DNA of 64,000 bases from an uncultured delta proteobacterium (GTDB lineage Bacteria; Myxococcota_A; Polyangia; Fen-1088), in the NCBI GenBank assembly GCA_963755125.1, contig CAVWIP010000018.1, forward strand, positions 1-64,000, written 5' to 3'. Shown here in pieces: positions 20,940 through 31,815 of this stretch. How positions within the stretch are numbered: the stretch's first letter is position 1; each line of letters starts with the position of its first letter. The notes below the pieces were generated by a model. It was not told the origin of the DNA, made no database searches, and was given only the letters and a program-made list of their open reading frames with translations. Both the position numbers and the translations under genes were made by a program.

Positions 20940-21171
20940 GATTCAATTGTCGCAGTTTTGGGAGCACATCTTCAGGTTTCTTATGAGTGAGTTTCAAATA
21001 GATTGCCAATCCATCCATATCCACTTCTTCATTCCAAATCAATTCGCCGCTTCTGCCAATTTTAACCTTCTCAAACTGGCTGTAATCGTTCCATAATGCG
21101 AATACACCTATACCTGCAAATTCGGATAGATCAACCGCGCCTTGCACACCATCTGAAAATTTGATGTCCAA
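20932..21171 (-). pseudogene. DUF2442 protein, N-terminus lost
   Basis: FSDGVQGAVDLS..GVFALW..F..V..GELIW..DMD motif. Upstream it runs into an IS701-like fragment. Confidence 0.75.
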
Positions 21172-21346
21172 ATGAAGGCTTCTGGAGAGAAAACTTCTTC
21201 GAAGAATGGAGCATAATGTTGCACCAGCTCAGGAAATTCCACCAGTGGATACATGCCGCACCTCCAAAGCGATTATCGCACCTTATCGATTCTACCGCTT
21301 GGTGATAGTTTGGTTATTCAGTTTTTAAGGTGCTGCAAAAGTCGAG
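21172..21346 (-). mobile_element. Left-end remnant of a probable IS701-family element
   Basis: ATG at 21254 with GGAGG RBS gives MYPLVEFPELVQHYAPFFEEVFSPEAFI, then breaks off. Candidate end CTCGACTTTTGCAGCACC near 21346. Confidence 0.5.
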
Positions 21347-21428
21347 TTATGAAAGGTATTTTTTCATCCATGTTTTGATTTTACCACTTCCCAATTCGGC
21401 TCTAGCCACAATCCACCGGTGATAACCG

Positions 21429-21962
21429 ATGATCTCCACGCTGGTAGAACGCTTTGACGACAAGGTGTTGGTCGGAGCCGGCTCGGTTCTCGACGCCGAA
21501 TCAGCGTCCACCGCGATCGCGGCGGGCGCCAGCTTTGTCACCAGCCCATCGTGCGACGCGGAGGTCGTGAAGTACTGCAATGCAGCCGATGTGGCCGTCT
21601 TTCCGGGTGCGCTCACACCGACGGAAATCGTGTCTGCCTGGAAGGCCGGGGCCGATATGGTCAAAGTCTTTCCCTGCTCCGCACTAGGTGGGCCGAGCTA
21701 CTTCAAAGCGCTCAAGGCCCCCCTGCCCCGCATCGATCTGCTTCCCAGCGGCGGGGTGACGCTGCAAAACGCAGCCGCTTTCATCGAGGCTGGCGCCTGC
21801 GTTCTTGGGGTGGGAAGCGATCTGATCGACCTCCCGTCGCTGCGCGAGGGGCGATTGGACCGCATCGCCGAACGCGCGCGACTCTTCATCGAGTTGGCGC
21901 GCGACGCCCGCGGTGCACGAGGTGCGGTCACGCCTCCGCCAGCGGCGGTGGGCCCGCGCTAG
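21429..21962 (+). pseudogene. eda: KDPG/KHG aldolase, 5'-truncated at the composition junction
   Basis: VGAGSVLD, PGALTPTEI, VKVFP and PSGGV motifs. The N-terminal part including the IEIT motif is absent. Confidence 0.85.
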
Positions 21963-22102
21963 GTACCGGCGGCCAAAACCGGTGGCCGGTCTGCGGATCC
22001 GGCGAGGGTGCGCGCGAAGCGCGCAGGGCGGTCAGGGTGGGTGGCGTGTCCCGAAGTCCCCGAAGGGGGAACCGGATCCGGCCACCGGCCCCACACCCGG
22101 TA

Positions 22103-22106
<4 letters not shown>
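21960..22106. repeat. REP/MITE-like nested inverted-repeat element between convergent genes
   Basis: TACCGG/CCGGTA, CCGGTGGCCGG/CCGGCCACCGG and GGATCC arms, with GAA-loop hairpins inside. Bounded by CTAG and ATCAG. Confidence 0.6.
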
Positions 22107-23536
<1,430 letters not shown>

Positions 23537-23548
23537 GGCAGAACCATA

Positions 23549-24970
23549 CTACGCGGCCGGCCCACTGCGAGTCGCGAAACGGAAGCGGGCGCCGCCCTCC
23601 GGGCCGCGGTCCACCGTCGCCTCACCACCATGGTCGCGCGCGATCTCGCGCACGAAGGCTAGGCCCAGCCCGGTGCCCTTCTCGCGCGTCGTGAAGAAGG
23701 GGGTGAAGACCTTGTCCGCCAACTCCGCGGCGACGCCAGGACCACTATCGCGGACCTCCCACTGGATCGCGACTTCAACCTGGCGCGCAGCCACCACCAC
23801 CTGGCCGGATGGCCCCGCGGCAACCAAGCCGTTCTTGACCAGATTGATGAGGGCGCGGCGAAGCTGGCCTCGATCACCGTAGGCCACCATACCAGGCGGC
23901 GCCTCGGCACGCAGCACCGGCCCCGAGCCTGCGGGCCGACAGATCTCGCACACCTCGTCGAGTAGAGCAGCGACCGGCACCGATTCCATAACCGGCGGCG
24001 GCCGACGGGCGAACTCCAGAAAGTCGGACACCACGTTCTTGAGGTAACCGATCTCGCGCTCCACCCGCTCCACCTCGGCCATGCGTTCGGGCTGCTGCGC
24101 CAGACCCTCACGCAGCAGTCCTGCATAGAGTTCCAAGCCACCCAAAGGGTTGCGCACCTCGTGCGCAATTCCCGCCAGCATCATCTGCATGCGCTCGTCG
24201 CGCGCCTGCAGCGCAGCCCGCATTTCGTCCAGGCGAGCCGCCAGATAGCCGATCTCGTCGCGGGTCTCGACCGCCACCGGGCAGGCCAAGTCGCCACGCC
24301 CGATGCCTTCCGCTGCCCGCGCCAGGCGCGCCAGTGGCCCGGTCATCCGGCGGGAAAGCCACCCCGCCAGCGCAGCGATGAGGACCATGCACAGGGCGCC
24401 GCCCGCCACAAGCCAGCGACGAAACGCGACCAACTGGACAAAGTACTGCGCACTGCCCTCCACCACCGCGAACCCCGCAGGTTCCGCCCCGCCCACACGG
24501 GCGTAACCACGCTGGTAGGGCCGGCCATCGCGTCCCCAGAACAAGGGCGAACCCGCCAGCGCGCCAGCCGCCGCCCGTTCGATCTCGGGCTGGTCGGCGC
24601 CAATCTCGTAGGCGCGCGCGCCCAGGGCCACCATCCCCTCGGTATCGCCTCGCCCGGTCAGATCGCGGGCAACCAGCAGAACCCGCCGAACACCCAGCCG
24701 CTGCCGCGCCAGTTCGATGCGCCGGGTGAGATTGGCGTAGGTGTTGGATTGCTCGTCGCCGACCCCGATGGACGCCAACTGCTCGGGCAAGATCTGCATG
24801 GCAATGGCGGCCGCCGCGGTCGCGAGGCGTTGGCCCAATTCATCCTCGAGCGCCCGTCTCGCCACCGCGTGGGCCAGCACGCCGAACAGGATTAGGACAA
24901 CCAACGCAGGCAACAACGCGGCCACCAACACCTTGGCGAGCAGTCTTGCTTTCGGCGGTCGCGACAGCAT
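23549..24970 (-). CDS. HAMP sensor histidine kinase
   Basis: Two TM segments, HAMP, AHEVRNPL H-box, N/G boxes (GTGLGL). Start set at MLSRPPK. Confidence 0.92.
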   Translation of the reverse strand: MLSRPPKARLLAKVLVAALLPALVVLILFGVLAHAVARRALEDELGQRLATAAAAIAMQILPEQLASIGVGDEQSNTYANLTRRIELARQRLGVRRVLLVARDLTGRGDTEGMVALGARAYEIGADQPEIERAAAGALAGSPLFWGRDGRPYQRGYARVGGAEPAGFAVVEGSAQYFVQLVAFRRWLVAGGALCMVLIAALAGWLSRRMTGPLARLARAAEGIGRGDLACPVAVETRDEIGYLAARLDEMRAALQARDERMQMMLAGIAHEVRNPLGGLELYAGLLREGLAQQPERMAEVERVEREIGYLKNVVSDFLEFARRPPPVMESVPVAALLDEVCEICRPAGSGPVLRAEAPPGMVAYGDRGQLRRALINLVKNGLVAAGPSGQVVVAARQVEVAIQWEVRDSGPGVAAELADKVFTPFFTTREKGTGLGLAFVREIARDHGGEATVDRGPEGGARFRFATRSGPAA

Positions 24971-25015
24971 CCCAGGGCCAGTGTAGCAACCGCAGGCCGC
25001 AACTGTCCGGATGAA

Positions 25016-25195
25016 GTGCGCCGCCGGCGAAGCCGGCGGGCTCCCCACGCGACTGATATGGGAACCCTGACAGGGTTCGCTTCGCCCTTCGGCCCCCCAC
25101 CCGCCACCTCCTCCCCGCTCGCTTCGCTCGGCCTCGCCATGCCCTCCCACGATGGTGCGCCGCCGGCGGAGCCGGCGGGCTCCCCACGCGACTAG
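25016..25195 (-). repeat. ~143-bp REP/MITE-like element plus an adjacent partial copy
   Basis: GTGCGCCGCCGGCG..GCCGGCGGGCTCCCCACGCGACT occurs twice. 25053-25195 is the reverse complement of 29561-29704. Confidence 0.85.
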
Positions 25196-25746
25196 GCCAC
25201 CGGCGGCGGCGGACTGGCCGGCGGCTCCTGCGGCTGCTCGCTGCGCAACATCACTCGAATCTCGGAGCAAATCGCGTCGAAGACCAGGGTCTCGATGCGG
25301 CTGCGTCCCTCCTTGCCGATCTCGTCGAAGGTCGCAGCCATACGCACGCTGCCCTGCAAGGGGACATTGGCAACCACACGGCAACGGCCTGCGATGGGTT
25401 GAATGTCGCGGCCGAGCTTCAGACGGAAAGGAGCCAGCGTCCCCACCGACGGAGCTTCCCCGACCAGCGCGGACAGGCCGGTCACGCTGATGTCCTGCGT
25501 GAGCGACGAGGCCTTGCCACTGCGCAGGTCGAACTCCACGGGCACAGCACGCGCCACCCGCACCGCCTGGCGAGCGCCGACGTTGGCGCGGATCTCAAGC
25601 CGCTGCGCCAAGACCAAAATCGAGCCCAGATCCGCACGGGCCTGCATGTAGGCGGGCAGCGCGTCCACGTCCAAGGTCCCGCTCTTGAACTTCTCGTGCC
25701 ACGAACAGAATTGGGAAAGCCAGTAGGTGAGCCTCGTCGCGACCAT
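25192..25746 (-). CDS. PilZ-domain protein
   Basis: RQAVR (RxxxR) and DISVTG (DxSxxG) motifs. Confidence 0.8.
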   Translation of the reverse strand: MVATRLTYWLSQFCSWHEKFKSGTLDVDALPAYMQARADLGSILVLAQRLEIRANVGARQAVRVARAVPVEFDLRSGKASSLTQDISVTGLSALVGEAPSVGTLAPFRLKLGRDIQPIAGRCRVVANVPLQGSVRMAATFDEIGKEGRSRIETLVFDAICSEIRVMLRSEQPQEPPASPPPPVA

Positions 25747-25877
25747 CGACTTCCTTCCTTGCAGCGCCCGGCAGGGGGCCGCTCATACTACTCGGCACAT
25801 CGGCGACAGTCCTTGAGGTTCGCCAGAAAATGGATGCTGCGAGTTACGCGCCGAAGCTCCCGGCCTCTGAGGCGCGA

Positions 25878-26276
25878 TCAGCGCTTCGAGAACTGGAAGC
25901 GCGCGCGCGCCCCACGCTGACCGTACTTCTTCCGCTCTTTGGCGCGGGCATCCCGGGTGAGATAACCCGCCTTCTTGAGCGCCCCGCGCAGTTCGCCGTT
26001 GTACTTGATCAGCGCACGCGAAAGCGCGTGACGAATGGCGTCGGCCTGGCCCGAGAGCCCGCCGCCGCGCACGGTGCAAAAAATGTCAAAAGTGCCCGAC
26101 GTTTCGGTCAGCTCCAATGGCTGACGAAAGACCATGCGCGAGGTTTCGCGGCCGAAGTAGTCTTCCAGGCTGCGCTGGTTGATTGCGATCTTGCCGGCCC
26201 CCGGCTGGAGCCACAAGCGCGCCACCGCCTCCTTGCGACGGCCAGTGGCGTAGAAACTCTTTTGCGAATCAATCAT
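25878..26276 (-). CDS. rpsI: 30S ribosomal protein S9
   Basis: [19 protein letters not shown] and FQFSKR motifs. Confidence 0.99.
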   Translation of the reverse strand: MIDSQKSFYATGRRKEAVARLWLQPGAGKIAINQRSLEDYFGRETSRMVFRQPLELTETSGTFDIFCTVRGGGLSGQADAIRHALSRALIKYNGELRGALKKAGYLTRDARAKERKKYGQRGARARFQFSKR

Positions 26277-26294
26277 GCGGGCGACTCCGGGGAC

Positions 26295-26747
26295 TTAAGA
26301 AAGCGCGAGCGGCTTGCACTGCTGCGCCTGATGCGGGTGCTCGGCGCCCGCGTAGACCTTGAGCTTCTTGTAGATACGGCGACCAAGCGGCCCCTTGGGC
26401 AGCATGCCCCAGACCGCGCGCTTGACCAACTCGGTGGGGTGGCGGGCAAGCATTCCCTCAGCGGTAAGCGTGCGCAAGCCGCCCGGGAACAGCGAGTGGT
26501 CGCGGTACAGCTTGTCCGTCCACTTCTTGCCCGACAGGCGGACCTTGTCAGCGTTGATGACGACCACGAAGTCGCCGGCGTCAACATGGGTGGTGAAGGA
26601 TGCCTTGGTCTTGCCGCGCAGAACCGACGCGATCTTGGTCGCAGCCCGACCCAGGGTCTTGCCCCCGACGTCGGCGACAAACCAGGCGCGCGCAAGCGGC
26701 TCCTTGGCCATGACGGTCTTGTGGTGGATGGGCGCTGCTAGAGACAC
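26295..26747 (-). CDS. rplM: 50S ribosomal protein L13
   Basis: LGRAAT, GDFVVVINA and KLKVYAGAEHPHQAQ motifs. Confidence 0.99.
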   Translation of the reverse strand: MSLAAPIHHKTVMAKEPLARAWFVADVGGKTLGRAATKIASVLRGKTKASFTTHVDAGDFVVVINADKVRLSGKKWTDKLYRDHSLFPGGLRTLTAEGMLARHPTELVKRAVWGMLPKGPLGRRIYKKLKVYAGAEHPHQAQQCKPLALS

Positions 26748-26949
26748 GGGGCGCTCCTAATACTTCAGCGAGAGGGGAAAGTCAAACCCAACCGACGGGG
26801 ACAAGTGCCCAGTCGGGATTACAGACGATGCCTTATAGCGGCTGACCCACGAGCGGTCAACACAACTCCTGACGCGCCAACCTAATGCTGACCGACTTGC
26901 ACCAAGGCGGCAACGCGGGTACACCAGCCCCAACCTGAACCTGCCGGAT

Positions 26950-27471
26950 TTGCTGTCCCTAGTGCGTGTGCCGCTCGGAGTGGCGTTCGTGCCACTGGCC
27001 GGAAAGCCCATCGCTGCGCTCGCCGTGCTGGCCCTCGCCGGAGTCAGCGACATGCTGGACGGCTGGTTCGCCCGCCGCAAACCGCAGCAGAGGGGCCGGG
27101 GCGATTGGCTCGATCCGGTGTGCGACAAGTTCTTCATCATCGCGGTCATGGCGGGGCTGTATCTGTGCCAGCATCCTCCGCTGACGACGCTCTTGCCCAT
27201 CCTGACCCGCGAAGCGGCCATTCTGGTTCTCTTTCTCATCCACCGGCTGGTCCCGTCGCTGCGCAGGATCCCCTACGACTACCGAGCCCACGCCCTGGGC
27301 AAGGCCACGACAGCGGCTCAGTTTCTGGCCGCCGCTGCCCTGCTCTTTGCACACCCTGCAGCCAGCACCATGGCCGCGCTTTGCGCCCTCCTCGGTCTGC
27401 TGTGCGCCGGGGTCTATGTCGGGCGAGGCCGCGCCCTGGCCCACCGATCGCGCACCGATGTTTGCGAATGA
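26950..27471 (+). CDS. CDP-alcohol phosphatidyltransferase
   Basis: SDMLDGWFARR..G..LDPVCDK motif. Start uncertain (in-frame NLPD just upstream). Confidence 0.85.
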   Translation: MLSLVRVPLGVAFVPLAGKPIAALAVLALAGVSDMLDGWFARRKPQQRGRGDWLDPVCDKFFIIAVMAGLYLCQHPPLTTLLPILTREAAILVLFLIHRLVPSLRRIPYDYRAHALGKATTAAQFLAAAALLFAHPAASTMAALCALLGLLCAGVYVGRGRALAHRSRTDVCE

Positions 27472-28025
27472 CCCGTCGGCCCGTCAGCTTTCTTCTCGGT
27501 GAGCGGAGGTCGCTGACAGTGTCCGAGGCACGTCCTGCCGACGCGGTTTCGCTGCTCAACCACGCGCGACAGGTGGCGCGCGAGTCCGAGTTTCTCAGTG
27601 CAGGACCCGGCGAACGTGCCCTGACGCCGGAGGCACAAGTGGCTTTCCTGCGCCGGCTGCAAACCAGCGACGCGGGCTTCGTGCTCAAAGGTACGATCGA
27701 CGGCCGCCTCGTGGCGGTCCTGTCCGTGGTGCGGCCCACCCAGCCCCGCCTGCGCCACCGTGCCGAGTTCGGACTCACGGTTCGGGCTGCCCATTGGGGC
27801 CATGGAATCGGCCGCCGCATGGGTGAAGTGGCCATCGCCGTCGCCGCGGAACGCGGCGTGCGCAAGTTGAACCTGCGCGTGCGCGCGGACAATCGCCGCG
27901 CCATCAGGCTCTACCAGGCTCTGGGATTCTCCCGGGAGGGAATCTCGCCGCGCGCTCTCCGCGTCCGCGGCCGCTTCTTTGCCGAAATCATGATGGGCCT
28001 GTGCCTGCCCTTCACAGGAGCTTGA
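27468..28025 (+). CDS. GNAT N-acetyltransferase
   Basis: HWGHGIG and VRADNRRAIRLYQALGF motifs; ATGA overlap with the previous gene. Confidence 0.88.
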   Translation: MTRRPVSFLLGERRSLTVSEARPADAVSLLNHARQVARESEFLSAGPGERALTPEAQVAFLRRLQTSDAGFVLKGTIDGRLVAVLSVVRPTQPRLRHRAEFGLTVRAAHWGHGIGRRMGEVAIAVAAERGVRKLNLRVRADNRRAIRLYQALGFSREGISPRALRVRGRFFAEIMMGLCLPFTGA

Positions 28026-29499
28026 GTTGACCTATGGCCTGCATGCGGTTGTCGGCCAGTGAGCCGAGGTATTCCAAAACCTGCGGGTGGGTCATGATCA
28101 GCTCGTTGAAATCGGCGCGCGGGAGCTGAAGCACGAAGCTCTTTTCCAGGGTGACCACGGTGGCCGTCGCCGGGCTGCCTGCAATCAGGGACATCTCGCC
28201 GAAAACGTCGCCCGCCTGAAGGTGAGCGAGCGGCGCGCGGTCGGTAACCGCGGCGGCCTCGCCGGCCAGCAGGAGGAAGAGCCCGGTTACTTTCTTGCCC
28301 TGCTCGACCAGGCGCACGTTCCTATCCACCTCCAGGAAGCGAAACTTCGCCGTCAAGGCCACGCGTTCCATATCGGAGAATGGCGCGAAGAGCGGGCTGG
28401 TATGGGCCAGGGTTGCGATGAGCCGTTCGCGCAGAAAACGCAAGAGGACCTTGAGAAGCTCGGGTGATCCGGAAATGAGGTCGCGCACTAGCGCGCGATC
28501 GAGAGCCAACACCTGACTCGGCTTCGTCGCGCGCGTGGTGGCGGTGCGCGGCTGATGGGCCAGCAGAGCGATCTCGCCGAAGATATCGCCCTCCTGCAAA
28601 CGCGCCACCTCCAGCGGCACCAAGACCGCGATCTCGCCCGATGCCACGACATACAGGACATCGCCCGCATCACCCATGTCGAACAGGATCTCGCCTGCTT
28701 CAAGCTGGATGAGCTGCACGCGTTCGATGGCGGCGCAGAGCTGCCCTTCGGTAAGAACCGAGAAGAACGGCGTCTTGGGCAAAACCGCTCGCGCCACCGT
28801 GCGTGGCCCGCGGGGCTTGGCCGGGCCCGCCGCCTGCTTGCTCTCCCGACGCAGAGAAGCCGGCTCGCCGAAATCAATGGGAATCTCAAGCGCCGCGCCG
28901 TCGCCCACGGCCGGTATGACGTCAGACTGCCGCGCCCCGGGCAACATGGCCGCCAGGGTGAGCTCCTGCAGCAGAGCGGCGGGGGGCTCGCTCGCAGGCG
29001 AATCGGCCACCAGCGGAGAGAGCCGCGGAGGCGACGCTTCCTCTGCAGCGACCGACGGGCGCGCGGGACGTCGAGCCGCCGTGCCCCCACCGCGAACATG
29101 CGTGGCCGGGGCCCAGGCCAGCGTCGCAGGCTGCTGGTCTGCCGCTGGAACGGGCGCCGCAACCGCTGCACCAGGCAGGGCGTCGCCGCGTGAAGCATGG
29201 AAGGCGGCCAGCACCTGCTGGGTCTTGGTGTGGTTGGGATCGATCTCGAGGATGATCTTGCAAACCGCGATGGCCTTCAGGAGCAGGTCGCTCTTCGCGT
29301 AGATGTCGACGGCGCGGGAGAGTGCCTTGATGGCCTCGGCTCTGTGGCCCAGCTTGCGCAAACATTCGCCCAGCTTGAGCGGCCACAGTCCGTCGCGCTC
29401 GTGTTGTTCCAGCGTGGCGTACAGGCTGGCAGCCTTCTTCCAGTTGGCGTTGGCGGCGGCAGCGAGCGCCTCGTCTTTCAGTTTGCGAAGATCAGCCAT
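28012..29499 (-). CDS. TPR plus tandem cyclic-nucleotide-binding domain protein
   Basis: N-terminal TPR-like helices; two GD(I/V)FGE cNMP motifs. Confidence 0.88.
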   Translation of the reverse strand: MADLRKLKDEALAAAANANWKKAASLYATLEQHERDGLWPLKLGECLRKLGHRAEAIKALSRAVDIYAKSDLLLKAIAVCKIILEIDPNHTKTQQVLAAFHASRGDALPGAAVAAPVPAADQQPATLAWAPATHVRGGGTAARRPARPSVAAEEASPPRLSPLVADSPASEPPAALLQELTLAAMLPGARQSDVIPAVGDGAALEIPIDFGEPASLRRESKQAAGPAKPRGPRTVARAVLPKTPFFSVLTEGQLCAAIERVQLIQLEAGEILFDMGDAGDVLYVVASGEIAVLVPLEVARLQEGDIFGEIALLAHQPRTATTRATKPSQVLALDRALVRDLISGSPELLKVLLRFLRERLIATLAHTSPLFAPFSDMERVALTAKFRFLEVDRNVRLVEQGKKVTGLFLLLAGEAAAVTDRAPLAHLQAGDVFGEMSLIAGSPATATVVTLEKSFVLQLPRADFNELIMTHPQVLEYLGSLADNRMQAIGQLKLL

Positions 29500-29560
29500 T
29501 GCGGGAAGGCCCTTGCCGTCGTCAGGCCAGTGTTTCCCGACTGCCCGCCTCCGTCAACTT

Positions 29561-29704
29561 CAGTCGCGTGGGGAGCCCGCCGGCTTTGCCGGCGGCGCAC
29601 CATCGCGGGAGGGGTTGGCGAGGCCGAGCGTCAGCGAGCGGGGTGGGTGCAGGGCGTGAAGGGGCCGAAGGGCGGAGCGAACCCTCCCAGGGTTCCCATG
29701 TCAG
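29561..29704 (+). repeat. ~143-bp REP/MITE-like element (second full copy)
   Basis: Inverse homologue of 25053-25195. Confidence 0.85.
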
Positions 29705-30438
29705 AAAACCACTCCGATCCCGAGCGCGGCAAGCTGGCGGGAAGCAGCCGCAGCCCAGCCCCGGTTGGCCAGGGGACTGGCTGGGCTCGGGTGCAGGATG
29801 CTGCCCACCATGAGGTCGAAGCCGGAGAGGGCCGCCTGGGCTCGCTTGAAAGCAAAGCTCCCCACTCCTACCACGTGACTGGGCTGCATGGCTTCGACCA
29901 ATCGCCGCAGGGCCCCGTCGCAGGCAGCAAAAAGCGGGGCCTGCTCGGCAGCGGGCAGCTTGTCCGGCGTGAAATTGCGGCCGCTCGCCTCGAAGAACGC
30001 GAGCGGGCAGTAGTTCGCCACGAAGAACGTCGCGAAGAATCTGTCCGGCGTGCCAAAACGATCGCGCGCCCAACCCCACAAACGGCTGCCGCTGACCTCG
30101 CTGCGCGGACACTCGAAGCCCAAAACCGGACGTTTGGGGTGCATGCGATTGGGCTTGCCGACCGGCCCTTGCAAGCCCAGCCAGTCGCGCACCATCGTCA
30201 CATCGCCGAAAGGTATCCCGGTCTGCGCCATGCCAAAGGGACCTGGATTCATGCCGACCAGCACCACCGGCCGAGGCGGTTGACCGTAGCGCCGCAGATA
30301 CGCCTCGTGCGGAACCGCCGCGTAGTCAAGCGGCAGGTACACGTGACTGACCGGCGCGGCGAACCGCAAGCGGGCCACCTGGCGCGCCAGCTCGCGGCTG
30401 ATCGAAATGAGTGGAGTGGTCGTCACCGAGGGTGACAC
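29701..30438 (-). CDS. SMUG1-family uracil-DNA glycosylase
   Basis: GMNPGPFGMAQTGIPF, SEVSG, NYCPL and HPSP motifs. Confidence 0.93.
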   Translation of the reverse strand: MSPSVTTTPLISISRELARQVARLRFAAPVSHVYLPLDYAAVPHEAYLRRYGQPPRPVVLVGMNPGPFGMAQTGIPFGDVTMVRDWLGLQGPVGKPNRMHPKRPVLGFECPRSEVSGSRLWGWARDRFGTPDRFFATFFVANYCPLAFFEASGRNFTPDKLPAAEQAPLFAACDGALRRLVEAMQPSHVVGVGSFAFKRAQAALSGFDLMVGSILHPSPASPLANRGWAAAASRQLAALGIGVVF

Positions 30439-30601
30439 TGTAACCGATCGCCTCCGCGCCCGCGCACCCGATGACCCGGTTGCGCTACTGCATTAGACGA
30501 CACCATCTTGTGGGACGTGGTGCCTGACCGCAGAAATCGGTAGTGGGCACCTCGCAGACCCTTCCCTCGACTGGCGGCGTGTGGTTAATATTCCTTTTGC
30601 T

Positions 30602-30973
30602 ATGACGCGCTCCAGCCTCAGAATCCGAACGGTGTGCCTCGGCGTGATCGCGACGCTGGCCTTTGCCACTGCTGTCCCTGCCTGGGCAGAAGAACCATCC
30701 TCTGAGTATGTGGACCCGACCATCGTCAACGACGAGCAACCCGAGGGGGTCAGGAATCTTGGCGCCGAGCAGGTCGTGACGAAGAAGCAGCGAGAGTGGG
30801 ATACGCCTCCCGTGTACACCAAGTGGTGGTTCTGGGCCACGTCCGTGGTGGTGACCGCAGCGGTGGTCTTCCTGGCCATCACGCCGCTGACCCGCTCGGC
30901 CCGAGGCTGCACCACGACCGGCAAGAACCTCATTCCGCTGAACTGCTTCGGAGACGGGAGGCCGGCGCAATGA
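30602..30973 (+). CDS. Secreted/membrane hypothetical protein
   Basis: Signal peptide (AWA), PVYTKWWFW followed by a TM segment. Confidence 0.65.
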   Translation: MTRSSLRIRTVCLGVIATLAFATAVPAWAEEPSSEYVDPTIVNDEQPEGVRNLGAEQVVTKKQREWDTPPVYTKWWFWATSVVVTAAVVFLAITPLTRSARGCTTTGKNLIPLNCFGDGRPAQ

Positions 30974-31461
30974 CCGCCCTGCAGCGCTTGGCCTGCCTCA
31001 TCGGCCTGGCAGCACCGCTGGCCCTGTCCACCAGCGGCTGCAGCGATCCGTACACCTACTTCAACGTCGACGTTAGCCTCCAGCAATCGGGCACGAACTT
31101 CGTCAACAACAACACCCAGCGCCAGATCGCCGCCTGCATCGTGTATGTCCTTGCTGACGGCAAGCAGATCGAGGCTGGCCAGGATCTGAATACGATACAA
31201 GGCCCCGCCGCGTGCAAGGCCCCTGATACTGCGGCCAATAGCCCCACCGGTGATATAGGAACCATGGACTACAGCACGATAAGGAGCAGCGGCACGATTG
31301 AGTTCGTCGTCAACATGGAGGACACGACTGGTGCGATCATAGTTCAAGGTTCGGCCCAGGGTGGTGTCAAGCCGTCGCAGATTATCCAGTTGGAGCTTGT
31401 GGGTGAGCCGTGCGGGGGGACCGGCTCGGCATGTCCGGTAGATACCAGCACTCTCAAGTGA
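30970..31461 (+). CDS. Hypothetical lipoprotein
   Basis: ATGA overlap; LSTSGC lipobox. Confidence 0.7.
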   Translation: MTALQRLACLIGLAAPLALSTSGCSDPYTYFNVDVSLQQSGTNFVNNNTQRQIAACIVYVLADGKQIEAGQDLNTIQGPAACKAPDTAANSPTGDIGTMDYSTIRSSGTIEFVVNMEDTTGAIIVQGSAQGGVKPSQIIQLELVGEPCGGTGSACPVDTSTLK

Positions 31462-31480
31462 CCTGAACGATAGTTCAGGT
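31461..31480. terminator. Hairpin ACCTGAAC-GATA-GTTCAGGT right after the lipoprotein stop
   Basis: Perfect 8-bp stem; no U-tract. Confidence 0.4.
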
Positions 31481-31491
31481 ACGCTTGCGGT

Positions 31492-31790
31492 GTGTCCTCG
31501 CCGCTGCACGATAAGGCGCGCCGGCAGATCGCGCACGAACTGGACGCGATCGGCCGACTGGGCCTGGCGGGTTATTTTCTGGTGGTGTGGGACATCGTGC
31601 GCTTCGCGCGTTCGCGCCGGAGCGAGGCGGGGGTCCCTGACAGCGAGCCACGCACGCACCATCTCGCAACCATCGCCAGCGCTATGCTTAATCTGCCGCG
31701 CCCCCTTGTCATCGAAGGCCGCGTGCAGAACCGCGACCACGTCGTCACCCTGAAGCCGGATCGCTCTTTCGGCCCTGCCGGGAGGCCCGC
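31492..31790 (+). pseudogene. Remnant of a DNA polymerase III alpha-type gene (DnaE2-like) with a large internal deletion
   Basis: QIAHELDAIGRLGLAGYFLVVWDIVRFAR (polymerase domain) fused to PLVIEGRVQNRDHVVTL (C-terminal OB fold). Confidence 0.7.
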
Positions 31791-31815
31791 TCGACGACGG
31801 CTGGCCGCGCGACTT

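Noticed and set aside
12337..21171. Classical integron or CALIN with attC sites
   Set aside because: The cargo looks cassette-like, but I found no consistent RYYYAAC...GTTRRRY pairs after stop codons and no intI. Not formally excluded without IntegronFinder.
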